From positions 62,001-126,000 of the forward strand of contig JAYWIR010000056.1 of the NCBI GenBank assembly GCA_036172245.1: DNA of 64,000 nt. The letters run 5' to 3'. A program made the position numbers and the translations under genes. Positions 36,636-49,050 of this stretch are shown here, one piece after another (positions within the stretch are counted from its first letter, which is position 1; every line of letters begins with the position of its first letter). The notes below the pieces were generated by a model. That model did not search any database, was not told where the DNA came from, and saw nothing but the letters and a program-made list of their open reading frames with translations. The stretch comes from Raillietiella orientalis (Eukaryota).

Positions 36636-37260
36636 CATTCGGGAAGTTCTGCAATAAAAGTGCGTACAGAAAACGAACGGTAGTGAAACAAAAACTGCAA
36701 AACTCACTACAGAGTTGTCATTCTGATGTGACTGAGCAGGTACACAAGACCCAGTTCCTGTGAGCAAACTTGAAAGGGACATTCCAAAGCAACACGTAAT
36801 TACTCGATCTGTGAATGACTTGCCGATCTTACGACCGCACTTTCACACATTTTTCATCCTTCTTTCCTTTTTTTTTTTCCTCTCTCTCGACTTAACATCA
36901 ACGTGTGTGACCACACCGTTTCCGTATTGCAGGAGCAGTTGCAGCCGAAGCGCACTCCGCAGGACGCTCCATTTGCGCATTCGCCGTTGCGATTTCCCGT
37001 CGCGGCCGTCGTTCGCGCTCGTTTGTTTACCTTCCGAGCGGTTAGCACGCAGCGGCAAGGTCACCGCTGACCACCACCCCTGAAATTCGCTCGTGGATGG
37101 CTTTCTCGTGCAGGATGAATCGTTCCTCCACCCCGGATGGTGAAGGAGGTGAAGTACAAGACGGAATTGCCGTGCGTGTACGCTGCGCGCGCGTACATGC
37201 GATCCTGGCGCTCGATCCGCTGCTTCGTGTTACCAGTCTTTCAAAACTAATTAACGGTCG

Positions 37261-40200
37261 ATGCACGGAAGAAACGCGAGGGAGTCGATAAACGAATCAG
37301 ATTCCAAAGAATTATCTGACGCTTCAATAAATGGCATGTCTGTTATTGGTGTTCCTGGTTTGGAAGACTCTTGCATTTCCGACTCCTCGGATATTTCCAG
37401 TCCTGTTGCATGTGTCTGTTCGTATGATGAAGACTTGCATGGAAGAAGTGAATCACCACCCATAGAAAGCACCCAGATTCCTGCAAGAGATGGAGCAATC
37501 CCTCAAAAAAACATTGTTCAAGATCTTGTGTTCAATTTTTTGCGTATGAAAAATATGAAAGAGTGGAAGAAACCTCTCGGCATACGAAATAGCAGATCCA
37601 TCTCTTTATGTAAGGAATCCGATTGTAATGGACTCGGCAAAATAGATTTTACATTCAAAGATAAAACGGCGCTTACTTTATATACTTCTAACGACATCGA
37701 AGGCGAATGGAAGAGTCGAAACCTGGTCTTCTGCAAGTCTCACCTTATGGTTTGCAGCATCGGAAAACAAAAAGTAGTTTTTTAAAAACCATTGCCACTG
37801 GCTTAAATGCTGTAATTCGCACGCTCTTTTTAAACCACGAAAACACACGCACACACCCAAATCAAAGTCTTCGAAAAGATTTAAGGGAAAAAAAGTCGCG
37901 TGCATTTGCTGAAGGGCGGACGAACTTTAAAAACTTGATTACACCTTACTTTTATCACATAACCTTACGTACGACTCTTCGAGAACCTCAGTGATTCTGT
38001 GGAAGTGGTTCTTTGTTGTTGTTTTTTAGGCTTTTGTTTTCAAACAGCTGCTAATGCTCGTCCTGCTTTCTTGAGATGTCGAGGCACTTTTTTCCCAAAG
38101 CAGCAATTGCAAGCAGAGTTTTTAGCTTCTAGCAAAGATAGAGTCCAGTGGAGATTATGAGCAAGAACTTATTTGGAGGGAATCTTGGGAACGTGAGACC
38201 ATTTCAGAATTGTTCTGGATGTGCTCATGCACTTTCCTGAAACAGAGAACTACTCTCCTCGGAAAAATAAGCTTGTCTTTCAGATGGAAAGGCTTCGTTC
38301 CTTCTCTTCTCTTTTCTTTTTTTCCCGTAGAAATTATCAGCTGAATAAACTTAAATGGAAAAGTGCAACATTTAGAAGCATCAAGGTCACTTGAATGATG
38401 ACTTGAATGATATACTGTGGTGTCCTAAGATGGACTCATATTTATTTACACATGTTATTCGATTCGATGAGAGGGTATGTTGGCTAGCGATTTTCAGATC
38501 CTCCATATAGGATTGCGGCTCAGCTTTTTTATCAGTGATCTCGATGGCTATTTATTCTCATCCTTATGAATCACAGTATTGTAATAAAAATGAAAAAAAA
38601 AAAACAAAAAAAAGCGCGTGTCTCTGGGGAAACGCGGATACAGAATGATGGCGATCCAAATTTACATTCTTAGGGGACATACGTGTTTCTCATGAGACAG
38701 TGCAAAATGCATGTCCTTAGTTCTAGCTGAGTTTCTGATTAATTGAGTTATTCATACTCTTGCATACTCTTCACGGATTGTATTTCCATCAAGTGCTCTC
38801 TTCATGAAGGGAACATAGCAAATAAAAGCATTGCTTCAGAGGTATTTCTTTTCGAATTTTTTCTTTCGCAATGTTGGCAAAACGTATGGCCACGCCCCGG
38901 TGCAAAAGAGCACTGACATCATATCACAGCTACACTAAATAGTGTGTGCGTGTGTACGTCTTCTTTTCGAATTTTCGGTTTTCAGATTTTCATTTTTTTC
39001 GATACTCTTCATGAAGCTCATTAGAGTACCCTGCGTCTTTATGTTCAGGATGATTAGACATTAGAGAAAGGATGGCTGTTCAGTTTGCAGAAATGTGCTG
39101 GCACTCGACTTGCTAATCTGTTTGGTGAAGCATCATTGAAGATCTGCATACTTCGAAGAATATACATAGTCAGAGTGATGAAGTTCTAGATTGTTTCTGA
39201 GACATCTGGAACCTGGATGAGAATTTCCTGTCGTTTCTAATCTGCATATCGAATCTCACATTTCAGAAACACCTGTTGCGTTTGATGCCAAGTTCATGTC
39301 CAGCAGATTTTCAATACATTGCATCCGTGGCACTGGCGGTGCAATTCCTATTCGCAATGCAATTTCTAAAGCTCGAAGTCCGGAATCAGTTCTAGAAGAT
39401 GAAATTCATCTATTCGAAATGCAGTGCACTTCCTTTGCTTGAGAAACTCCCTCGGGTACTGTAGTCTACAAGCTCATGGTACAACAGTTTTCACTACTTT
39501 ATAATTTCAGATTCAGAGATTCTGGAAGTGTTTCTAAAGAAGGATCACGTTGAAAAATCATTCGTTATTAACAGTTCCTTTCCATTAGAGGATGGAATCA
39601 TGGACAGCCATGACTATAGAATTTCGCAGAGCATCATCCACAAAGTTTCTTCTGTACCATCTTATAGATCCAAATGCAGCATCGGATTCTCTGGGAGTCA
39701 TCTAGTATTTAAAATTGTTTCCTATTTATTTCTTCTTTTCTCAAGAAAAAGCATGCAGTTTAAAACAGAGATTTCTTATCGGGATGGACTTGGAAAATCA
39801 GGCCATAATGATCGTAGACTGTCGTAGACTCATCGTCTGCATGGAATCAGTTCCAGGATCAGAATTCGAAATGCAGGGCGCCTTAAGACAGCTCACTCAA
39901 GTTTCCGTGAGACCTTGGTGTTCAGATCTGTGGGCTTAAAGGCAATAACTGAAATCTCCTTTAGTGTGGACATGATGTCATTTCTTTTTGTTTCAAGAAA
40001 CCAGGAATACAATGATTAATTTGTTCATTATCACGCTTTCATGTTTTTCTAAGTAGAGACTGACATTCAGACTTTAGTGGTGTTGTCTGCGACCGTTGCA
40101 ACTATGGCTAATTCTTCAGTTGTTCTCCTCTTGGTCTTTTCTCTTTCTAGAACTCACTGTTCAGCATTTTTTTGTGTGTTTTTGTCTTTCACACGAAGCC

Positions 40201-41000
40201 TTTGCTGGCAACTTTCGATTTCTTAAGCCCCTGATATGGAAAAGGGAATATGAAGAACTGACAGAAGGGTAACACAAAAACGATAATCGGCAGAAACTGG
40301 ACACCTGACCTGATTCTCTAAATATTCACCCTCAAAGAATATTCTAGGTTTCCACGAGGGCGAGGAGGACTCCATGTGTTTTCCTTATCTACGCAGTTTG
40401 AGGAAACCGAACTTTAAAAACTCTGTGTGGAAAAGTGGAAGCGAAAGAACAAATGATCTTCAATTATGTTGGCAAATGCAGATTCCGATTTGAGTAGTAC
40501 CATTTCCATATTATTACAACTCGAGAAACTGGCAAAACCGGAACTTTCATGCCAGTTGAAATCTTCCGAAAAACTGGAAGATTTTGAGCGGCGAAAGTGT
40601 TTGAAACTTTCAAGATTCGAGGCACGCCACTTGCTTCGAATGGCACACGAAACCGAAAGCAACCGTTCTATCGATTAAGGTCTTCCGATCTAGAAGACTG
40701 AGAAACTTCCTTTTCGGAACCAGGCCTTCAACTACCCTACTTCACATGACGATAAAGAAGGTCTTTCCGAACTCCATCTTTAGTTCATGAAAACTGGGCA
40801 TTTTTTTTTTTATCTTTTTTAGGAACAAATGGTAGCTTCTTTTTGTTAGCAACTGCCTTCTTAAAGCCAATTCAAATAGCATAGAAGAAAGCTGTTTGCT
40901 ACTAGCAAACGAATCTTGTACCATTTTAAGTAGCTGCTATTAGTGACACCTCTGTTGCTTCATGATTCTTATAGGAAACTCCGGTCTCATCTGATTATTT
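37261..41000 (+). pseudogene. Degenerate PHLPP-like gene (PH-like, LRRs, start of PP2C)
   Basis: WKSRNLVFCKSHLMVCS resembles the PHLPP PH segment WxxRxVxLCGxxLxVS. Downstream broken LRR-like pieces GWLFSLQK, RLANLFGEASLK and IVDCRRL..CMESVP appear in PHLPP order. Many stops. Confidence 0.5.
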
Positions 41001-41404
41001 AGCTGAGACCAGTGAGTGTTTGAAGGTAGTTATTTTTTTTTTTCCAATCCAACTGATTTAATTCTGTTACCAGAATGGTGGCTTTTCGTGACTTCTCAAT
41101 AAGCAAAAACTACTGTGTTAGTTTTCGAAAATCGAAGCACCCCAATTTTTATTCCAGTAGACTTCTAATGCAATGAAAGCAATCTGAAAACAAAAACCCA
41201 CGCAAAAATTATTTCTCTTGTGTTTGGCAACAAATCCCGCTTTCCGTGATCACAAAAATTGGCGATCTAATTGAGAAAGGGTAGGTGCACTCTCTCTTCG
41301 TATTGAAATGTCTGGTTTTTCCAAACGCGCTCTATTGAAAGAAACAGCATTGTCTGTGGTCTTAGAGATAACTGACTGAAAAGGGCAAGCTACCTCTTAT
41401 GAGT

Positions 41405-42225
41405 TGAAGGCGTGGACAACTCGGAGACTAGAGGACTTGCGCGCTGGGGCGAGCTGCTCGGAATACCTCCGGAGGAGGGGAAGTGGACCCCAGCGTGTTG
41501 GAACAGTGGCACCCTTCCCATGAAGTGGCAAGAGACGCCTTTCCCATTCTTGCATTGGGGAATCCTTTGCAGAGCACGCCTCTCTCACTGGACGCTGGGG
41601 AGTGTGGATGCATGTTGTTCCGAGTGTGGCAAAAGGGAAACCTTCCCTCATCTTCTAATAGAGTGTGTCTCCCTGGGTGAACTTTGAGATCGACTCTCGT
41701 CTATCCTCCATATACCAGTAGGCGACCCGAATGACATTTTCCGGCGCCTCTTCCTGCGAGATGTCTTACCCTCCGCTGCGCCTCTAGCAGTTCTCCGCTG
41801 TGTTCGCGGCATCCTGGCGATGTGGAACGCTGGAAGAAGAGGCCAAAAAAGCAGAGACGCCATCCACTGGACGACGATCTCTTTGGAGACCGCGACAAGG
41901 TGGCCCCACAGAAATAATACAAAGAGAGAATTTGTCAGCATCCTGGACGGGGTGCAGAGGACAGGTCCAGGCGTATAGTGATCCATTCTTTGCCCTCTCC
42001 TCCCCGAAAAAACATTCCCCTCCTCTTTTTCCTTCTCTTTGTTTATTTTTGTTTGGCTTTCCCCTTCCCCTTAGCCGTTGGAGAGGACTTCACCGGTCTT
42101 AGTACCGATATATGGTAAGTCTCCCGAGCGTGGTACCACGAAAAACATTATTTCGACTTTATTGTGGAATTTTGTATGAAAATTTTGAAATAAATAATAA
42201 ATGCCCCGGCATATCCGGATGATAA
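41405..42225 (+). mobile_element. 5'-truncated Tx1/L1-type LINE with 13-bp TSD
   Basis: LHWG..CSECGKRETFPHLLIEC. Ends AATAAATGCCCCGGCATATCCGGATGATAA. TSD ACCTCTTATGAGT at 41392-41404 and 42226-42238. Confidence 0.9.
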
Positions 42226-42947
42226 ACCTCTTATGAGTGTTTCAATTTCTTATAACGTCGTCACTCGAGTACGTGGATATTCGTCGTGTCCAAAACTGGA
42301 TGGTTTTACGAATCTAATGCAGTTTGGCAAAACCGAAGATAAATTAAGTATTTTTTAATTATCTTCACTTTTTTTTTTTTTACGCATCCAGTTTATTTCA
42401 TATTCATCTTACATTGGGTGCAGAGCTGATATCCCTATTCTCTATTCCATATCCTTAAGCATCAAAATATTCATATGATTACCTGAGCAGTCTCGCAATT
42501 ACTGATCCCATAGCTGCGTCTCCAAATGCTCTTCATTCTTCCTGATTACATCTCGCTCATGGTCTCATACTGATCCTTGTGTGAGATCCATGCGAAAGAC
42601 CGCAGTGCAATGTTTCAAGGATTCATTTGAGTTGCTCGCGTATCATAAACAGCACACTATATGAAAGCAAGTTGTTCAATTTTTTTGATTTTTATTTATG
42701 GGATTACTGTATTGGGTTCATGTTTTGATCCGATAACAAGTAAAGTGTCGTGATTTATACCGAACCGAACGTGAAAGTGTGTACGCTAATGAAATTTTAT
42801 CTTGATGAAAATGATCCATACGTTTTCTGCTATATGCTAAAACGAAAACTCGGACCGACGTTTCAGCTCACGGATTACCATAATGGATTCCTTTGGATTC
42901 ATTGCGTTGAATTCTGAAGTGATTGGAAAAAATAGAAAAATATCGCC

Positions 42948-43800
42948 CGCGTCGGAGGCCTTGTGGTTAAGGCTTCCGAGTGTGGCACCACGCGTCGCGG
43001 GTTCGTAATACTTCAGTAGAAACTCTGACGCCACTGCGTCGTCGAGTTCCGAGTTTCTCCTGCAATGGCGCTGGTTGGCCGAGACGTTCGGGCGTGGCAC
43101 CGGCGGTGGTTTGATCCGGAGGCCCCCGATGAAGGCCGGAACAATGGGAGTCGACCTTCGGGTCCTCCCAGGAATCAAGGAATGGGGAGTTCTCCCTCCT
43201 GTCGTGCAACGGAGAGCGGACCCTCCCCCACCGGGAGACCCTCCAGTCGTCGCCTCTTCACAGAGTGCACAAGGAGGCAAGCGAGAGCGATTCCCTGCGG
43301 GAAGCTGCAGAGCCCCTTCTGAGTTTCGGAAGCGTCCCTTCGGGGTTCTCTTCAGAGGAGTGAACAGGAGCGGTTCCCTTGCGGGTTCCCTCGGGAGAAG
43401 AAATTCCTACAGGCGGATCCTTTCCGGGTTCCCTTCGGAGAAGTTGAAATGAAGTTGAAATGGAGAGGATAGCCCCTCCCCATAGGGGGGGTGTCCCTCC
43501 GGAGAGAATGAGGAAGGAGATTCCCTTCAGGGTTCCCCTTCGGAGACAACCAGGGTGGGAGGTACGATCCCCCCCGTCCGGGGGATCCCTCCCCAAGCGT
43601 GAGAGAAACGGACTCCGAGCCCTTCCTGGATTCATAGGGCGGACCTCCATCCCGGGGTGCCCCCTATCCTGAAGAATTACACACACCCCTGCGGGCTGCC
43701 GCGGGCGGAGGGGCGTGTGTTTAATGTTCAAAAAAGAGCCACGTGCGCCGCGTGGCACGCGACCGGCTCTGAGGTACTTAGCGAACCAAAAAAAAAAAAA
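42948..43800 (+). mobile_element. Family X SINE-like repeat, full-length reference copy
   Basis: tRNA-like head, hairpin-rich body, 3' stem GAGCC..GGCTC, then AACC and poly(A). No clear TSD. Confidence 0.8.
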
Positions 43801-44051
43801 CTCTTAAAAAAAAAAAAATTAAAGAATGAAGAAAAAGAAGAACCCAAAGATTTCCATCGTCCTAGGCCAATAGTAGCGATCTCCTCTTGGGGGTCGCCAC
43901 TGGCCTTTAAAAAAAAAAAAAAAAAAAAAGAAAATATGAATTTCAAGTGCTGTGCTCATATCACTGAAGATTGGAAACACTGACGTAATAAATAGTGGGG
44001 GACATTCTGAAGTTGTGGTTGTCGGTGGTGGTCGACGGAAGTGCGTTTTTG

Positions 44052-44412
44052 ATGAACCCGGCCCGTACAAAGCAAACTGCTGGCAAGAGTTCTGATGGTA
44101 AGGCGCCGAGGAAACAGTTGGCGACGAAGGCGGCTCGCAAGAGTGCTCCAGCCACGGGAGGCGTGAAGAAGCCTCGCCGCTACCGGCCAGGAGCTGCAGC
44201 CGTCACCAGAAGAAGAGCACCGAGCTGCTGATCCACGACTTACCTTTCCAACGTTTGGTACGCGAGATGGCTGAAGATTCCAGAACGGACCGAAAAGTTT
44301 CCAAAGCTCGGCCGTGCTCACTCGAAGACGCATACCATCCATGCCAAGAGCGTGACCATCGTGCCGAAAGACGTCCAGCTGGCTCGTCGCATCCGCGGTG
44401 AGCATGTGCTAA
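44052..44412 (+). pseudogene. His3: Histone H3 pseudogene, canonical (A31, SAV) type
   Basis: [83 protein letters not shown], with two internal deletions and frameshifts. Confidence 0.93.
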
Positions 44413-45749
44413 GAAGTGAACCGGGGCGTCCTGAAACTCGTGATCCATTGAGGGTGGGATTCGGGGGTAAAACACCGAAGGAAAAAGACGGAACCTCGTG
44501 CGTACCGTTTTTGAGAGGCCAAATAACAGATACTTTTTTTCGTTCATTTTTGCAACCATCTTCATTTTTTCATCACTGTAGTTGTTTAATGTGATTACTG
44601 TTTTCTTGACATTTTAATATATTACATGTCGTGCACCATGGATGGGCAAATTGAGACATCGCACCTGGTTTGAGAACCATTAGCGAAGCAGCAACATTTG
44701 TTGTGAAGAAAGGCTTCAACAAGAGCTTCTCGGACTTTGAAGAACGGTGCTGCCAACCAGCATCTTTACGGAAGCAAGTGGCACGGTCAGGGATAATCGC
44801 GGAGGCCATTTTCATGCCTCCGAATTTTCCCACAGGGGTTGCCGGTTTTCGGGAAGAGGAAACGCAGGCTTTTTGCCTCCTCGCTCTTCGAGCGTTAAGC
44901 AGAACTAACAAATGTGGGAGAAAGGCCGAGGTTAGGATGATGAATCCACTGAGGACGTAGTCGCTTTTGGAACTTGGAAAAACTTGACGCTTTCAGGGAA
45001 TCCTACCCTGAGGTGAATTTTACACGAAGGTTCCAAAGATTGGAGTTCTCGTGCGAACCCTTGGATCCACAAATCTTAACGGGAGGTAAACCAACCCGCC
45101 GTTTGCGAGGAGAAATTCGAAAATATTAGAGGAAAACGAAAAGGCGGACCCAAAGTTCTTTTGCATTTTCATCGAAAATCCGAATCAAATGGAATGCTCC
45201 CGACGGTTATTGCGAGTCACAGGAATGGTGAGATCCTATCCTATCTCCTTGATACCACCTTCATCGCGTCACCTTAGTTCCACCAAACGATATGGGAAAC
45301 GTTGGGAAAGTTTCAGCTTGTGTGGCCACTTAAATAATTACCAAGAAAAAGCATTCATAATTCAGCGATTAACGCTGAAGAGTTTGCTTCAGTTCCAAAA
45401 AAATAGCACGCAAAAGGAAACAAAACCCTTTTCGTTTTATTCTATGTGAGATTTTGTCCTCTAATTAAATGGGGGAAAAATGGATAAGAAAGTATCAATG
45501 ATGATTGAGAATTCTGTAGGGAGGGTAAAGAGAAAATCATCAACGCACGCACAAGGGAATGAAAGGATAATGGTAGAATTTCACACAATGGGATGAAATG
45601 ATTTGTACAGTAAATTGAGAACAGAATTCAATCCTTTATCATAGGCTCGCGAATTCGATGAGAAGGCATATTTATTATTTAATTGCTATATAATTCCTCA
45701 AAGAGTCCCACATTTCACCATGAATCCAATGAGAAATCGGAAGAAATGT

Positions 45750-47060
45750 CTTAGCCGGGACGGTAAATTCGCAAAACTGGAATGTCACTTTGGTCTTTTC
45801 TTCTGTTTTCGCAGCTGCAGATGAGATGCAGAATTTTTGTGGTCTTCTCGGTTGGTGTGCACCAACCGCATCTGACGAAATCGCACCGTGGTGTCCATCC
45901 TGCAGATCAGTGACTTGTGCAAGAGTAAAATTTGAGTACAGTTCATCAATACTGAATCTACATCTTGTTCGGCCGAATCCAGTTTCCACTGTAGTTGTCT
46001 ACGATGAAACATGGTCAGTTTTTTTTTTTTCTCCCCCTCCCCCCACTGAATTTGAAAGAGTCTATGCTGCCACGATGCTAATTACAGCTTTCTAGGAAAT
46101 CTCGACATGATCCTGAGAAATCTACCTTGATGGCTCGGATGTCATGGAACAATTTTGTTTAGAATCCATCGTATGCTTTCAAAACCTCTGTAGCAAATGT
46201 CCAAAATGTCCCAAGGGCATAAGGGATACTCTTCGAAACACGACTCGTTCGTGGACTTCCCAACGAATGCTGCATAGCTGTGTGAGGCAATGTGATCTTC
46301 ATCTCGTGTGTGAGGTCTAAAAAAAAATGTCGAAGACAAAGGAATCATTAAAGCCATCTAATAAAACACACACTGCTCATAATAAGCTGTTTTTGTTGTC
46401 GTGGTTTGCATGATATTGCCTTCGATAATGCTCAAAGCTTTAATACATAATTTTGCATTTAGGAACTTTTTTTTTTCGTCACTTCTTACGAAAAATCTCA
46501 TGCTTCCAGCTTCCCTGCTTCGGCACACAAGTAACCAGGAATGCATATTTCGAGAGAATCATCAGCTAGCATTCTGTTTTTAATTTGAAAACCAAACTCT
46601 CGTGCGCATGATGGCATTGGGATGGATGCTGGTTTGTGTAAGATGAAGAATCCTCGTTGAATTGATGTGTGTTCTCTGTGCTGCCAAGTGGCGCTGTGAT
46701 GTGAAACGGTTCCGTCAGGAACTGAGATGAAGCAATTCATCTCAAAACTTGAATATGATTCCAAAAGATACACACAGGAAGGTACACAGGATAAAGGAGT
46801 GTGTGGAACTGCATGAACAAAACAATCCCTTCGAGAATACACTTTGCTGTACACGGCGACAGGGCAAAATTTTGTCCGTCCGAAATCAAAAAAGTATGAG
46901 CATTCCTTGTGATAAAGAGGTCTTGGCAGAGGAAAAGGATGTGCACAAGAACTTGAGTTACCTGGAGCAACCGATAAAAATCCGATTCAGCTTGTGGTTG
47001 GCCTTACTGCCTTTCAAGTCCACCTGTAGTCCCCCTTTCTGGAACGAAATTCCATAAAGG
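45750..47060 (-). pseudogene. Possible ionotropic-receptor-like relic
   Basis: Hydrophobic fragments, a YSS..ISVP (M3-like) piece, then ETGF and VTDLQ (pre-M4-like) in IR order. Very degenerate. Confidence 0.3.
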
Positions 47061-47139
47061 GGAACCTTAACGTGCACGTTTTTGCTGCACTTTTTAAATC
47101 CACGTGTTGTTGTACTTGAAAAAAAAAAGGTTTGTGTGT

Positions 47140-47164
47140 TTCTCTCTCTCTCTCTCTCTCTCTC
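47140..47164. repeat. (CT)n microsatellite
   Basis: About 12 consecutive TC units. Confidence 0.9.
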
Positions 47165-47506
47165 ATGAATAGCGAAATCTCAAGATAACGTTCCTCTTCA
47201 AAGCAACAGATGCTTAAGCAGGGTTACAGAGGAAGCTTCCTCGGAGGTTTATGGAGCTTCTTCAAACCGACTGTGGCTGTGAGCACGTGAGACTATGCCG
47301 CGAAGAATCTTCATCGCCCTTCAACGCTCATAGGCAACAACACTATTCTGATTATTTACGATGAGGTTCCTGATTGTTTGCAACAATCATCAATCATTCT
47401 TGAGAGATTGCTGTGCCGTTTACCTTGCTTGCTGCTCGGCTTTGCACAGTGTCCGCACGTTTGGCTCTGTTCAAATCGTCTTCAGTGATCTCTGTGCGTG
47501 ATCTGC

Positions 47507-48142
47507 CGCGTCGGAGGCTTTGTGGTTAAGGCTTCCGCGTGTCGCGGGTTCGAATACTCCGGCATGAAACTGACGCCACTGCGTCCTTGGGTTCCGAGTT
47601 TCTCCTGCAAGATGGCGCTGGTTGGCCGAGCCATTCGGGCGTGGCACCGGTAGCGGTTCAAACCGGAGGCCCCCGATGAAGGCCGGAACGATGGGAGTCG
47701 AACTTCGGGCTTCCAGAAATGAAGGAGTGGGGAGTTTCCCCTCCTGTCGTGCAACGGAGAGCAAACCCCCACACCGGGGGGACCCTTCCCGTTTCAAGAT
47801 GGAGCAGGAGCCCTCACGGGCACCTCTCCAGTTGCTTAAAGGAGCGGACCTCCCTCTGTTGCGGGGGGGACCCTCCGAGTCGCCTCCTCTCCAGAAAAGT
47901 GCAAGGAAGCAAGCGAGAGCGACCCTTCCGAGTTTCGGAAGCGTCCCTTCGGGGTTCTCTTCAGAGGAGTGAACACGAGCGGTTCCCTTGCGGGTTGCCT
48001 CCGGAGAAGAAATTCCTACTAGCGGATCCTTTCCGGGTTCCCTTCGGAGAAGATGAAATGGAGGGACCACCCCCCTTCCGGGGTGGTCCCTCCAGAGAGA
48101 ATGAGGAAGGAGATTCTTTTTGGGGTTCTCCTTCGGAGACAA
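47507..48142 (+). mobile_element. Family X SINE-like repeat, 3'-truncated
   Basis: High similarity to 42948-43552. B box GGTTCGAATACTCC. Confidence 0.8.
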
Positions 48143-48159
48143 CCTCTGCACCCTGTCGG

Positions 48160-48430
48160 TCCTCTGCACCCTGTCCAGGATGCTGACAAGTTCTCTCTTT
48201 GTATTATTTCGGTGGGGCCACCTTGTCGCGGTCTCCGAAGAGATCGTCGTCCAATGGATGGCGTCTCTGCTTTTTTGGCCTCTTCTTCCAGCGTTCCACC
48301 TCGCCAGGATGCCGCGAACACAGCGGAGAACTGCTAGAGGTAAGACATCTCACAGGAAGAGGCGCCGGAAAAGGTCTTTCGGGTCGCCTACTGGAACATG
48401 GAGGATAGACGGGAGTCGATCCCAAAGTTC
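48160..48430 (-). mobile_element. Tx1/L1-family internal fragment, closely similar to 41680-41965
   Basis: Reverse-complement match (MFAASWR..EEEAKKAETPS in both). Confidence 0.85.
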
Positions 48431-48479
48431 AACCAGAGTAGCGGCGCTGCTGGAAGCGCGCTCTCCCTCCCTTGGAATT

Positions 48480-49050
48480 CTCACTTTCCCACATCGGTAT
48501 GCGCTTGATCTTGATCTTTCAGGATGCCGATTAATTGTGTGATGAAGATGTTTGAAAAGCTTTAGGAAGATTTAGGACTCTGTCGAGATCCTGGGATTTA
48601 CAATCGGTAGGCGTCCATTTTGTCTCGTCTCGAATAATTTTTCCAAATGTAAACATGGATAACCTACGTAGAGCTTCCAGTAAAGGTCCAGCCTACAGCC
48701 GATTGACCTGGTTTCAAAAAATCGAAACAGTGTCAAGGAGTTTCCCAAGAACAAGGAAAAATGAATCATCCTTTAGCGATGTCTTTGGTAATCGACGGAG
48801 GCTGGGCCATGCTATCTTTGAGATTGAAGTTTTCCTTGATTCTGGATATTCCTTCCTAAATGACCCTCTCCGTTTTTCCCAGAGATTTCTGTTACTTCGT
48901 CTTTTCAAGTACATCCTTGACGAGAGCAATATTGAACGATTGGCCGATTCAATCTCAGGAATAAAATAGAATGAACCATAGTAGTGGCTCTCTTGGAATA
49001 GACTGCAGTCATAAGCAAACAGATGTTTGGGGATTTCTCAGGAATTTTCC
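48480..49050 (-). mobile_element. Decayed RT fragment, RTE-like
   Basis: NRSILLSSRMY (YRPISLLS-like) followed by GSFRKEY (QxGFRKGY-like). Confidence 0.35.

Noticed and set aside
43120..43175. Hammerhead or HDV ribozyme in family X
   Set aside because: CCGATGA is not the CTGATGA core, no GAAA is properly placed, the motif is not conserved in the 25596 copy, and I could not build an HDV pseudoknot.
43736..43775. Resemblance to group II intron domain V
   Set aside because: Only the outer GAGCC/GGCTC stem matches. There is no GNRA loop or other domains, and the sister copy lacks the sequence.
44640..45400. Possible CRAL-TRIO-like relic
   Set aside because: Only one weak peptide (VNQP) and no collinear support.
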